Below are positions 18,286 to 27,250 of a stretch of 34,402 nucleotides of DNA, one piece after another (the first letter of the stretch is position 1; every line of letters begins with the position of its first letter). The notes beneath the pieces are model-generated. The model was not told where the DNA came from. It did not search any database and worked only from the letters and a program-made list of their open reading frames with translations. The translations under genes were made by a program, and so were the position numbers. This DNA comes from Verrucomicrobiota bacterium. GTDB lineage: Bacteria; Verrucomicrobiota; Verrucomicrobiia; Opitutales; Seribacteraceae. The stretch covers positions 1 through 34,402 of the forward strand of contig JAQBYT010000041.1 in NCBI GenBank assembly GCA_027622665.1. The letters run 5' to 3'.

Positions 18286-19314
18286 TTATGCGGCGAACAC
18301 ATAGTCGACACCCTCCCGATGTCCGCGATCTCGGAGAAAAGCGCCGACCTTTTCGCGAGCTCCGCGAGCTCCCACCATAGCGACGATGAATTCTTCCCCC
18401 GGCTCAGGAATATCCTCAATCGATTGTACCATCAAACCAGTCCTTGGGTTGCCCACTTTACGAGGGTCAACATCGTAGAATCCGGAAATGACGGTACCCG
18501 CATTCGACAGAAACTTGACTCGTCTACGAGTAATTCTTCCCGCACCCCAAATCTTTACTTTTGGAAAGTGGCAGTTGTTGTCTTTCAGCCATCGATGCAA
18601 GTATTCGAGCTTCATTTCGTAAAAAGCCTCCACCGAGTAGCGAGGATCAATACGGGAGAGACGATTGTCGTGATCTCGCCAACGAAGCAGGATGGCATCG
18701 AGCTTTTCCATTTTCACTCCACATTCGAGCCAACGCAACCAAAGCTCGTAATCCTCGGGGAATAGACCTGACCGATATGCCCCATAAGTTCCCGCTAGGC
18801 TTTTACGGAAAACGACCGAAGGATGAGCAAAAGGAGATTCTACGAAGCGACGGAGCCTGATGTCCGTGTCCTCAACGAGTGCGTTGATCCATTCGACATA
18901 GGTTTCGTAACCTTTTCGAATCTCTCCATCCTCACTCCAATGCTCGACACGACAGGAAACCAAACCGACTTCCGGGTTGGTATCCAAAAAGTCGCACTGG
19001 AGGGACAGTCGCTTGGGAAGTGAAATGTCGTCGGAATCCATTCGAGCCAAATATGGAGCCCTAGCCTCCGCCAATCCGAGGTTTAGCGCTTCTACGATGC
19101 CCAGCTTGACGGTCGAAAGAACACGAATGCGCCCGTCGAGCTCGGCAAACTCCCGAAGAATCCCAGGGGATGCATCAGTTGAGCCGTCATCCACCACGAG
19201 CAGTTCGAGATTTCTCTCAGTTTGGCCGAGAATGCTTTCAATCGCCACGGACAAAGTTTTCTCGTCGTCACGGACGGGCAGAATCACCGAGATCCGAGGA
19301 ATGGGAGAGGTCAT
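18286..19314 (-). CDS. GT2 glycosyltransferase with C-terminal IWGAG Rossmann-like domain (QTGAL/B3GNTL1-like)
   Basis: SVILPV, VDDGSTD, ARMDSDD (DxD), PEDY; C-terminal IWGAGR, FYDVDPRK, EGVDYVFAA; ATG at 19314 (alternative TTG 19341). Confidence 0.85.
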   Translation of the reverse strand: MTSPIPRISVILPVRDDEKTLSVAIESILGQTERNLELLVVDDGSTDASPGILREFAELDGRIRVLSTVKLGIVEALNLGLAEARAPYLARMDSDDISLPKRLSLQCDFLDTNPEVGLVSCRVEHWSEDGEIRKGYETYVEWINALVEDTDIRLRRFVESPFAHPSVVFRKSLAGTYGAYRSGLFPEDYELWLRWLECGVKMEKLDAILLRWRDHDNRLSRIDPRYSVEAFYEMKLEYLHRWLKDNNCHFPKVKIWGAGRITRRRVKFLSNAGTVISGFYDVDPRKVGNPRTGLMVQSIEDIPEPGEEFIVAMVGARGAREKVGAFLRDRGHREGVDYVFAA

Positions 19315-19355
19315 TACTTCCGGTCCGCAGGAATCGAGCAAGCAGTTGAGGCAAT

Positions 19356-19814
19356 CTAACGAACCTCAATTTGCCTAAGCGCCTCGTAGCAACCAATTGA
19401 GACTGCATTGGCCAAGTTGAGGGAGCGTAGTCCATCTTTAAACTGGGGAATCTTAACCTTTCTACCCGATGCCCAGCTATGGACATCAGAGGTTACTCCG
19501 GTACTTTCGTTGCCGAAGAGGAGACCGTCTCCATCTCGAAACTCCGCATCCCAAATCGAAGTTTCCGCTTTCGTGGTGAAAAGATAAATGCTTTCAGGAC
19601 GCTCATCCGATGCTAGAAACGACTCCCAATCGTCGTGTTCCGAAAGATCCAGGGAACGCCAGTAATCCATGCCCGCGCGCCGGAGGCGGGAATCATCTAT
19701 CTCGAAACCATAGGGCTTGATAAGATGCAAACGGCAGCCCGAATAAGCGCATAGTCGACCGATATTACCAGTATTCTGTGGGATTTCGGGCCGAAGAAGA
19801 ATAAGGTGAATCAC
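19356..19814 (-). CDS. trmL: tRNA (cytidine/uridine-34 2'-O)-methyltransferase, SPOUT family
   Basis: PEIPQNTGNIGRLC, RRAGMDYW, LFGNESTG, RSLNLANAV, YEALRQ. Confidence 0.95.
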   Translation of the reverse strand: MIHLILLRPEIPQNTGNIGRLCAYSGCRLHLIKPYGFEIDDSRLRRAGMDYWRSLDLSEHDDWESFLASDERPESIYLFTTKAETSIWDAEFRDGDGLLFGNESTGVTSDVHSWASGRKVKIPQFKDGLRSLNLANAVSIGCYEALRQIEVR

Positions 19815-20290
19815 CGTCGGTTGTAATGTTTCAAAGCTTGTTCAGTTTCACGTTCGGCAGAACGTTTTTTGAGATCCTCTCGCTTGTCGTGAAGCTTTTT
19901 GCCCGTACAAATTCCAATTTCCAGCTTCACCAAGGAACCCTTGAAATACATTCGCAAAGGGATGATGGACTTTCCTCCCGCCTCCATCTCCACTTTAAGT
20001 CGAACCAGTTCACGCCTGTGCAAAAGCAGTTTGCGCAAACGCAAAGGTTCGTGATTCTCAGAACCGCCGAATTCGTATTCGGCTATGTGGGCGTTAAAGA
20101 GAAATAGCTCATCCTTAACGAATCTGCCGAAAGATTCGGAAATTTGAGCTCGACCCGCCCGCAAAGACTTCACCTCCGTGCCGCGCAAGGATATTCCTGC
20201 CTCGAACTTGTCGCCGATGAAATACTGGTGACGGGCCTTGGCGTTGTTTACCGAAGGAGGTCCACTCGCGTCTTTTTTTCGCTTGGACAC
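19811..20290 (-). CDS. smpB: SsrA-binding protein
   Basis: KARHQYFI, EAGISLRGTEVKSLR, RKLLLHRRE, GKKLHDKRE. Confidence 0.97.
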   Translation of the reverse strand: MSKRKKDASGPPSVNNAKARHQYFIGDKFEAGISLRGTEVKSLRAGRAQISESFGRFVKDELFLFNAHIAEYEFGGSENHEPLRLRKLLLHRRELVRLKVEMEAGGKSIIPLRMYFKGSLVKLEIGICTGKKLHDKREDLKKRSAERETEQALKHYNRR

Positions 20291-20318
20291 GATGGATAGT
20301 CACCTAGTGGTTAAGGCA

Positions 20319-20342
20319 TGGGCGAAAGCATGGAATCGCCCA
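20319..20342. other. Intergenic stem-loop between rpoZ and smpB
   Basis: TGGGCGA-10 nt-TCGCCCA inverted repeat without a U-tract. Confidence 0.4.
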
Positions 20343-20353
20343 ATCCCAGAGGT

Positions 20354-20566
20354 TTAGTTCTCCTCCTCTTCCTCGTACGGTTGGTAAGTTATCTTACCTT
20401 CAATAATCTCTCGAAGAGCGATATCCTCGGGTTCTAACTTCTCAAGTGATTCCACAAGGGCTTTGTTTCCAAACTTAAGTTGCTTCACCCGACGGGACAC
20501 GACGTTGATGAGGGCGTTGGGGTCCGTAATAATCTTATGGGCTGCCTGTAAATAATCGTCTCTCAC
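20354..20566 (-). CDS. rpoZ: RNA polymerase omega subunit
   Basis: 70 aa; LINVVSRRVKQL and DIALREIIEGKI match omega conserved regions. Confidence 0.88.
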   Translation of the reverse strand: MRDDYLQAAHKIITDPNALINVVSRRVKQLKFGNKALVESLEKLEPEDIALREIIEGKITYQPYEEEEEN

Positions 20567-20660
20567 GTTGGTAATATACTAAATGTTGACAAGGCTCTCT
20601 TGAACGGGAAAAGTTAGTGGAAATACCCAAAACAGTATTAATTTGCAAACTATTTCTGCC

Positions 20661-20981
20661 GTGCTCAATTTAATTCGAGTAGGTTGTACAACTCTTGAGA
20701 CTCGACACCAAGCTTTGGATCTCGGGAGAAAACTGGTTGCATTGAACCTCGTCGCTTGCGCTGAAATTGTAGGTCCCGTCACAACCGTTTATCGTTGGGA
20801 AGGAAAAATCGAAGAGAGCGAGGAATGGGAATTACGATTGAAATACTCTCGGCAAAATGAAGATGCGTTGATACGGTTCATCGCCGAAAAGCACGCGTAC
20901 GACGAGCCGCAATGGTTAAGCTGGGATGCTGACGCCTCAGAGGGTTATGCCAAATGGGTAACCCGAAAAAGTAAGGGATGA
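20661..20981 (+). CDS. cutA: Divalent-cation tolerance protein CutA
   Basis: LVACAEI, VYRWEGKIE, HAYDEPQ, YAKWV; start uncertain (GTG 20661 or TTG 20643). Confidence 0.88.
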   Translation: MLNLIRVGCTTLETRHQALDLGRKLVALNLVACAEIVGPVTTVYRWEGKIEESEEWELRLKYSRQNEDALIRFIAEKHAYDEPQWLSWDADASEGYAKWVTRKSKG

Positions 20982-20990
20982 ATCTAAGGA

Positions 20991-21146
20991 TTACTCCTCG
21001 GGCTTCGTTTTGGGAAGACTTACTACGCGATCACCTTCTTTCCACTGGTTGCGAAGTCGAAGTAACTCAATGCGCTGAAAACGCTTCAAGACATTGCGCT
21101 TTTTCATCAATCCGCCCGGAGGCTTTAAACTTGGATGTTGGCTCAT
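20991..21146 (-). CDS. PVC superphylum small basic (signature) protein
   Basis: 51 aa from ATG at 21146: MSQHPSLK...RNVLKRFQRIELL...WKEGDRVVSLPKTK, matching the Chlamydiae/Verrucomicrobia/Planctomycetes small basic protein pattern. Confidence 0.85.
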   Translation of the reverse strand: MSQHPSLKPPGGLMKKRNVLKRFQRIELLRLRNQWKEGDRVVSLPKTKPEE

Positions 21147-21209
21147 GGTGTTTAAGATAAATACTTTTTTATTTGTAATCGGCAAGCATATTTGACGCTA
21201 AAAAAATCT

Positions 21210-23240
21210 TCAGGCAGGGACGACTGTAGGTTCGGAACCCGGCTCAATATCACCGACGTCGTCGTCCTTCGCGGTTTTCTCTTGAGATTGCTCCTCTCCT
21301 TCCACTTCATCGGTGTCTTCGGGTGGAACGTCTTTGGTGATTGGCGAACGGATCTCTCCTAACTCAAGAATTTCGTGAACGTGCTTGCCCTCAATGGTCT
21401 CGTATTCGAGTAGCGCGGCGGCAATTTTGTCGAGAGCCGTGCGACGCTCGGTAAGGATGCCGACGGCACGCAGATACTGAACGTCGATGATATCCTTGAT
21501 GGCGGCATCCACCTTACGAGCGGTCTCTTCACTGTAGTTTTGAGCTCGGGTGAGTTCCTTTCCGAGAAAAACTTGATCTTGCTTATCACCGAGAGACAAC
21601 ATGCCGAGTTCACTCATTCCCCAGTCACAAACCATATTGCGGGCAAGGCGAGTGGCCATCCGTATGTCGCCCGCAGCCCCACTGGTAACGTCACCGATTT
21701 CCAATTCTTCGGCAGCCCGGCCTCCCATGGCGCAACATACCTGATTCAACAGCCTGCGCTTACTGTGATTGAGAATATCCTTCGTCGGGGTGAACATCGT
21801 ACTACCCAAGCTTTGACCTCGTGGAATGATGGTTACCTTGTGAATGGGGAGCAATCCGTCATCCACAACGGCTTGCACGATGGCGTGACCGGACTCGTGA
21901 TAAGCAATTATCTTTCGATCTTCATCATCCATTGCTCGTCGATGTTCACGTCCGAAGGAAATTTTTTCACGGGCATCGTCCAAATCGATGGGCTCCACCA
22001 TTTTCTTCCGACGCCGAGCAGCAATAAGGGCTCCCTCATTGAGCAGGTTGGCAAGATCGGCGCCGGAAAAGCCTGCTGTGGCACGGGCAAGCTTGGTAAG
22101 ATCAACGGTCTCCGATAGTTTGATCTTCTTTGCGTGAACCTGAAGGATAGCATCGCGCCCTTCGAGATCGGGCAGATCGATAACCACTTGACGATCAAAT
22201 CGACCGGGTCTGAGAAGGGCCGTATCGAGAACGTCGGGTCGGTTGGTGGCGGCAATGATGATGACACCTTCGTGCCCGTCGAATCCATCCATCTCGACAA
22301 GAAGGGAGTTCAGGGTTTGCTCTCGCTCGTCGTTTCCGCCGCCCATTCCAGCTCCGCGTTGACGGCCGACGGCATCGATTTCATCGATAAATATAAGACA
22401 CGGAGCATTCTTTCGGCCCTGTTCAAACATGTCACGAACACGAGCGGCGCCGACACCTACGAACATTTCAACGAAATCAGATCCGCTGATACTGAAAAAA
22501 GGCACCTCCGCCTCACCGGCCACCGCCTTCGCCAGCAAGGTCTTTCCCGTGCCCGGAGGACCAACCATGAGAACTCCCTTGGGGATTTTTCCCCCGATTT
22601 TGCGAAAGCGCTTCGGGTCTTTGAGAAAATCGACGATTTCCGCAACCTCCTCTTTGGCTTCGTCGCAACCTGCGACTTCTCCAAAAACGACTTTGTCTTT
22701 GCCTCGGGTAAGCAGCTTGGCCTTGCTTTTACCGAAACTCAAAGCGCCTTTACCCGCTTGTCGAAGTTGTCGCACGAAGAGAAAATACAAAAGACCGATT
22801 ATCAAAAGGAACGGCAAGAGACTGAAAAGTAAATCAGTCCAAATGGTGCTGGAAGGTTCCTCCTTGAGTTTCCCGGCAAGAGCAGTTCTCAGTTCCTTGT
22901 AGTCGGACTCGGTAATGCGCCCCGTAACCGCAAAAGGAAGAGTCTTAAACTGCTTGGAATCTCCCTCAAACCTTGGATTCGAGACTTTCCCCTTTACCAC
23001 ATACCATTCTTCTCCCCCCTTGGCGTCGCTTTGAATGGTAGCGTTCTCGATTCGCTTTTCCCGGGCAGCCTCCAATAGCTCGTTGACGGAAGAAATGGAG
23101 CGTTGGGATGGCTTAATTTCTTCCGTTTGCACCATAAGAAGCCCGACAATGGCCGCAAAAATCGCTAGCCAGATGAGCAAAACCTTCGGGTTAAATGTAC
23201 GTCCGGGGTTGTCTCCCTCTTTTTTAGGTTCGTTATCCAC
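21210..23240 (-). CDS. ftsH: ATP-dependent zinc metalloprotease FtsH
   Basis: Two TM helices, [24 protein letters not shown]...RPGRFDR, HESGH. Confidence 0.98.
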   Translation of the reverse strand: MDNEPKKEGDNPGRTFNPKVLLIWLAIFAAIVGLLMVQTEEIKPSQRSISSVNELLEAAREKRIENATIQSDAKGGEEWYVVKGKVSNPRFEGDSKQFKTLPFAVTGRITESDYKELRTALAGKLKEEPSSTIWTDLLFSLLPFLLIIGLLYFLFVRQLRQAGKGALSFGKSKAKLLTRGKDKVVFGEVAGCDEAKEEVAEIVDFLKDPKRFRKIGGKIPKGVLMVGPPGTGKTLLAKAVAGEAEVPFFSISGSDFVEMFVGVGAARVRDMFEQGRKNAPCLIFIDEIDAVGRQRGAGMGGGNDEREQTLNSLLVEMDGFDGHEGVIIIAATNRPDVLDTALLRPGRFDRQVVIDLPDLEGRDAILQVHAKKIKLSETVDLTKLARATAGFSGADLANLLNEGALIAARRRKKMVEPIDLDDAREKISFGREHRRAMDDEDRKIIAYHESGHAIVQAVVDDGLLPIHKVTIIPRGQSLGSTMFTPTKDILNHSKRRLLNQVCCAMGGRAAEELEIGDVTSGAAGDIRMATRLARNMVCDWGMSELGMLSLGDKQDQVFLGKELTRAQNYSEETARKVDAAIKDIIDVQYLRAVGILTERRTALDKIAAALLEYETIEGKHVHEILELGEIRSPITKDVPPEDTDEVEGEEQSQEKTAKDDDVGDIEPGSEPTVVPA

Positions 23241-23250
23241 TGCCCTAGCA

Positions 23251-24705
23251 TCATGTAAACGGTCGACTATAAGTCAAACGGATTACCCGTCCGGAAGACT
23301 CGACTAACTTCGCTTTCTCGGCAGGAGGCAAACCGGGAACCCATAGGATGTCATCGGACTCGGAAACGATTACCGGCAGTTTGTCTCGTAGAGGCGGGGG
23401 AACCTTTTTATCAATAAAGATATCCTTCAGTTTTCGCTCGCCCGGTGCTCCCAAATGATGCAAACGATCTCCGGGTTGCCGCTTTCTAACGAAAAGTTTA
23501 GTCGCCGAAACGGCGGCCTCCGCAAGAAACGCCTGTTCGCAGGGTTCCACTTGACCAGTCGCAACCGAGGCAAAGCATTCTGGCGAAAGCAATTCAGTCT
23601 GCCAAATAAGAGAACCGCCCTCAGGGAGAAAGAGTCTTATGTTTTCGGGGAAGGCAACAAGACTCCACGCACTCGGCGGAGGACTTTCCTCAAAAAGACG
23701 CAAGTGTTTGCAGTCTGTTTCAATCCAAAGACTCGATGATAAATTCGTTTTGAATCGCTCACCTTGCTCCAGAGCATCAAGCAAGTGATCGAGGTTACTT
23801 GATTCGAGAAAACAACCCGGTGAAATTTCGTGAAGCCAACGCGCAATCAATTTTCGCCTTACGGCTGTTGGCAAACGGGTGAGGCCGTTCACTTTTAAAA
23901 GGTCTTCCTCAAAACATTCGCCCAAAGCTTCGTTCGCCCATTGCTCCAATGCGTCGTCCGCCTCCTCCAGTAATCGCCGACTTCGAGCGGTTCCCGCGCC
24001 AACCTCGCGGTCGGCATCCTTGCACCAAGCCTCCATAGTTCCCATGCGAAGACGGTTTCGTAAGTAAATCGGCGAGGTGTTGCTACCGTCTTCCCGCCAA
24101 GTCGCTCCGACCGATTGAAGGATACGCCGAACCTCTTCACGAGAAATGGTCAGCAGGGGTCGAACGAATACCATGTTGCCGGATCGACGAACAGGTCTCG
24201 GCGCCGCCAACCCGGCCAACCCAGCCCCTCGAGCCAATCGCCAGAGAAAAGTTTCGGCAATGTCGTCGCGTTGGTGTCCCTGAAGAAGAATTGCCGTTTG
24301 ATGGCCAGTGGTGACCTGAGACAGAAACGCCAATCTTTCCTCTCGCAGACTCGCCTCGTCACCTGTCGTTCCCATTCCTCTTGCGGAGGCAAATGAAACC
24401 CCAAGCCCTTCGGCAAGCCTGCGAACAAATGCTTCGTCACCGTTGGAAGCCTCTCCCCTCAGGCAGTGATTGAAATGAGCTACAGTGAAAGACTCTTGTC
24501 GGTCGGGAAAATGAGCAAGGGCCAGCAATGTCGACAAAACCGAATCCGCACCTCCGGAACAGGCCGAAAACCAAGTGCCTTGGACACCTTCACCTTGCAA
24601 AAACGAAACAGCCGAGGAATCAAGGGAGGTAAGCGGGAGCAGTGCCCCCACCCTAGCGGCAAGAACTGGCCACGACGACTCGGGGGATTCGCCGGGAGCA
24701 TTCAT
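23251..24705 (-). CDS. tilS: tRNA(Ile)-lysidine synthetase
   Basis: ATG at 24705; ACSGGADS PP-loop, HFNH, GHQRDDIAET, RPLL, DGSN...RNRLR, C-terminal KLKDIFIDKKVP. Confidence 0.93.
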   Translation of the reverse strand: MNAPGESPESSWPVLAARVGALLPLTSLDSSAVSFLQGEGVQGTWFSACSGGADSVLSTLLALAHFPDRQESFTVAHFNHCLRGEASNGDEAFVRRLAEGLGVSFASARGMGTTGDEASLREERLAFLSQVTTGHQTAILLQGHQRDDIAETFLWRLARGAGLAGLAAPRPVRRSGNMVFVRPLLTISREEVRRILQSVGATWREDGSNTSPIYLRNRLRMGTMEAWCKDADREVGAGTARSRRLLEEADDALEQWANEALGECFEEDLLKVNGLTRLPTAVRRKLIARWLHEISPGCFLESSNLDHLLDALEQGERFKTNLSSSLWIETDCKHLRLFEESPPPSAWSLVAFPENIRLFLPEGGSLIWQTELLSPECFASVATGQVEPCEQAFLAEAAVSATKLFVRKRQPGDRLHHLGAPGERKLKDIFIDKKVPPPLRDKLPVIVSESDDILWVPGLPPAEKAKLVESSGRVIRLTYSRPFT

Positions 24706-24724
24706 TTGGACTTCAGGTAGATAA

Positions 24725-25990
24725 TTATCCCGATAGAAAATCCTTGTCGAACCAAGTACGCAGGCAATCGGGAACCTTGACCCGACCTTCCGAGTCGAGG
24801 TTGTTCTCCAGGATCGCCGCAAGCACTCGGGGAATGGCAAGAGCTGAACCATTGAGGGTGTGAACAGGTTTCGGTTTTCCGTCTTCTCCACGAAATCGTA
24901 TATTTGCCCGCCTCGCTTGAAAATCAGTGAAATTACTGCAACTGGAAACCTCCAACCAACGTTTTTGTCCTGCAGCCCATACCTCCAAGTCATATTGCTT
25001 GGAATGGGGGAAACCAATATCGCCCGAGCAAATCAGCAGCACGCGATAGGGCAACCCGAGCTTTTGCAGGAGTCCTTCCGCATCTTTTCGCAGAGATTCG
25101 AGTTCATCGAAACTGTTTTCCGGATGAACCCACTTGACGAGCTCGACCTTGTCGAACTGATGCAAACGATTCAATCCCCTCACATCCTTGCCCCAGCTAC
25201 CGGCTTCTCTCCGGAAACAAGGCGTGTAAGCGCATCGCTTGACGGGCAATTCATCGGAGCTTAGAATTTCATCTCGAAAGAAATTAGTGACGGGAACTTC
25301 CGCGGTTGGAATTAAGTACAGACCCTCATTCTGATCGACGTACATTTGCCCCTCCTTGTCAGGGAGTTGCCCGGTCGCCATAGCGCTCGCGGCATTCACC
25401 ACAATTGGGCAATGAACTTCTTGGTATCCGTTCTTACCGGCCTCCTCTAGAAAGAAATTAATCAAGGCACGGACCAATTGAGACATTTCCCCCAAGTAAA
25501 AAGGAAAACCTGCCCCGGCGACCTTCACCCCACGAGGAAAATCTATCAACTGCTCGAACCAAGGAATATCGTAATGCGGAACGGCATGCGGAAAATCGCC
25601 CTCAACCTCCCCCCAAGTCGACACCGTTTGATTGTCTTCCTCGCCCTTCCCGTCGGGAACCGAGTCGTGCGGGAGATTGGGGATCGACAGAAAAGCCTCT
25701 TGAAATTGTTCGTCCGCATCCTTTGCCACCGCCTCCAAATCCTTGACATTGCCCGCCAGAGCCTTCATCTCGGCTAATTTCTCCAGAAATGCAGGTGACC
25801 CTTTTCCCAATTGAGACATCTCATTATTAGCGGCCTTTTGCCCCGCCCTAGCCTGCTCAGCCTCCGATATCGCTTCACGGCGTTTACGGTCTAGCTCGAC
25901 AATTGAATCCAAGTCGCATTCAAACTTCTTGCGAGCGAGTACCGTATTGAGGTCGGCGAGCCCTTGCCTTAAGTGCGATACGTCAATCAT
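24725..25990 (-). CDS. serS: Serine--tRNA ligase
   Basis: N-terminal coiled coil, LIPTAEVP, FRREAGS, RLHQFDKVE, EVSSCSN, HTLNGSALA. Confidence 0.98.
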   Translation of the reverse strand: MIDVSHLRQGLADLNTVLARKKFECDLDSIVELDRKRREAISEAEQARAGQKAANNEMSQLGKGSPAFLEKLAEMKALAGNVKDLEAVAKDADEQFQEAFLSIPNLPHDSVPDGKGEEDNQTVSTWGEVEGDFPHAVPHYDIPWFEQLIDFPRGVKVAGAGFPFYLGEMSQLVRALINFFLEEAGKNGYQEVHCPIVVNAASAMATGQLPDKEGQMYVDQNEGLYLIPTAEVPVTNFFRDEILSSDELPVKRCAYTPCFRREAGSWGKDVRGLNRLHQFDKVELVKWVHPENSFDELESLRKDAEGLLQKLGLPYRVLLICSGDIGFPHSKQYDLEVWAAGQKRWLEVSSCSNFTDFQARRANIRFRGEDGKPKPVHTLNGSALAIPRVLAAILENNLDSEGRVKVPDCLRTWFDKDFLSG

Positions 25991-26121
25991 GATATTTTGT
26001 TCGTTGCTGGTAAGCCTATGCGATTAGTAACTTAAGCCTCGTTCTGCAAAATGAATTTACCTATTCATCTTTCGGATAATGTTCAACCATTCAATATGAC
26101 TACTGGGGAATCCGTCAGAAT

Positions 26122-27147
26122 ATGAAGAAGATCGGCGTGCTCCGCTTATCTGCCCTTGGGGACGTGGTGCTAGCAGTGCCACTCGTTAACGCCCTCCTTC
26201 GAGCTTACCCGGAGGCTGAAGTCACTTGGGTGACAACTCAACCCACTGTCGACTTAATCGGTCCCATGAAGCGAGTGAAATGGGTGATTGTAAGCAAGCC
26301 GAAAAGTTTTCGCGCATTTTGGGACAATCACAAGGCACTTCGAGGAATGCATTTAGATACCCTCCTGCTTCTTCAGGCTAGCCTTTCCGCCCATTTGGTT
26401 AGCATGCAAATTTCGGCCGAACGCAAAATAGGCTTCGATCGAAGAAGAGGTAAGGACTTTCATCAATTTTTCATCGATGAATCAATTCCTTATGAAAACC
26501 AACATTTCGTTGATGCGTTTTTGGATTTTGCCCGAAAAATTGACGTCTGTATAGATGAAGCTTCATGGCAGGGAGCTTTTTCCAATATGGATTCCAACTG
26601 GGCACGTCGAACTTTACCAGAAGGTACTCCTCGCATCGGTATTTCGACGACCCCGAGCAAAATAGAAAGAAGATGGTCTGAAGATGGCTATGAGGAAGTC
26701 ATCGAGCGTTTACTGTCTAAAAACAGACTGGTTTGCCTCTTGGGAGGTGATGGGGAGGAAGAAGTTTCCTTTAATGCCGAACTCGCTTCTCATTTTTCCG
26801 ATAAAATTTTAAACCTAACTGGGAAGACCAACCTCAGCCAGTTGAGCGCCCTTCTTAAGGAAATTGACCTGCTTGTCGCTCCTGACACCGGCTGTGTCCA
26901 TTTAGCAAGGGCCCTCGGGACTCCCGTGGTAGGTCTATATGCCGTGGCGAACCCTTCTTTGACTGGCCCATATCAAGCACAAGACTATTGCGTGAACAAA
27001 TTTCACGAGGCTGTCCACAAATACCTACCCCTCAAAAAAGGACAAGATTATCACTTGCGGGTTCATCATCCCGATGCAATGACACTAATCAAACCAAAGG
27101 AAGTTACGGAAATGATCGACGAAGCACTTGCGGCCTTTTCCCATTAA
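26122..27147 (+). CDS. GT9 family LPS core (heptosyl)transferase
   Basis: RLSALGDVVLAVP, NLTGKTNL, APDTGCVHLARALGTPVVGLY. Confidence 0.9.
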   Translation: MKKIGVLRLSALGDVVLAVPLVNALLRAYPEAEVTWVTTQPTVDLIGPMKRVKWVIVSKPKSFRAFWDNHKALRGMHLDTLLLLQASLSAHLVSMQISAERKIGFDRRRGKDFHQFFIDESIPYENQHFVDAFLDFARKIDVCIDEASWQGAFSNMDSNWARRTLPEGTPRIGISTTPSKIERRWSEDGYEEVIERLLSKNRLVCLLGGDGEEEVSFNAELASHFSDKILNLTGKTNLSQLSALLKEIDLLVAPDTGCVHLARALGTPVVGLYAVANPSLTGPYQAQDYCVNKFHEAVHKYLPLKKGQDYHLRVHHPDAMTLIKPKEVTEMIDEALAAFSH

Positions 27148-27250
27148 GGAAGCGGTCTGCCCTCGTTGAAAAGAATCCCTCCCATTTCTTGGTTTTATCC
27201 AAAGTTTACACTCAACCAAGTTTTATGTTTAAAGTCGTCTGGCAATGGTG

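Noticed and set aside
19811..20660. tmRNA (ssrA) near smpB
   Set aside because: Intergenic gaps are too short and no tmRNA termini are visible
21540..22902. Plus-strand ORFs of 157-232 aa opposite ftsH
   Set aside because: Antisense shadows of a highly conserved gene
24706..25017. N-terminal extension of tilS overlapping serS
   Set aside because: Lies in an alternative frame of serS; ATG at 24705 gives a normal-length TilS
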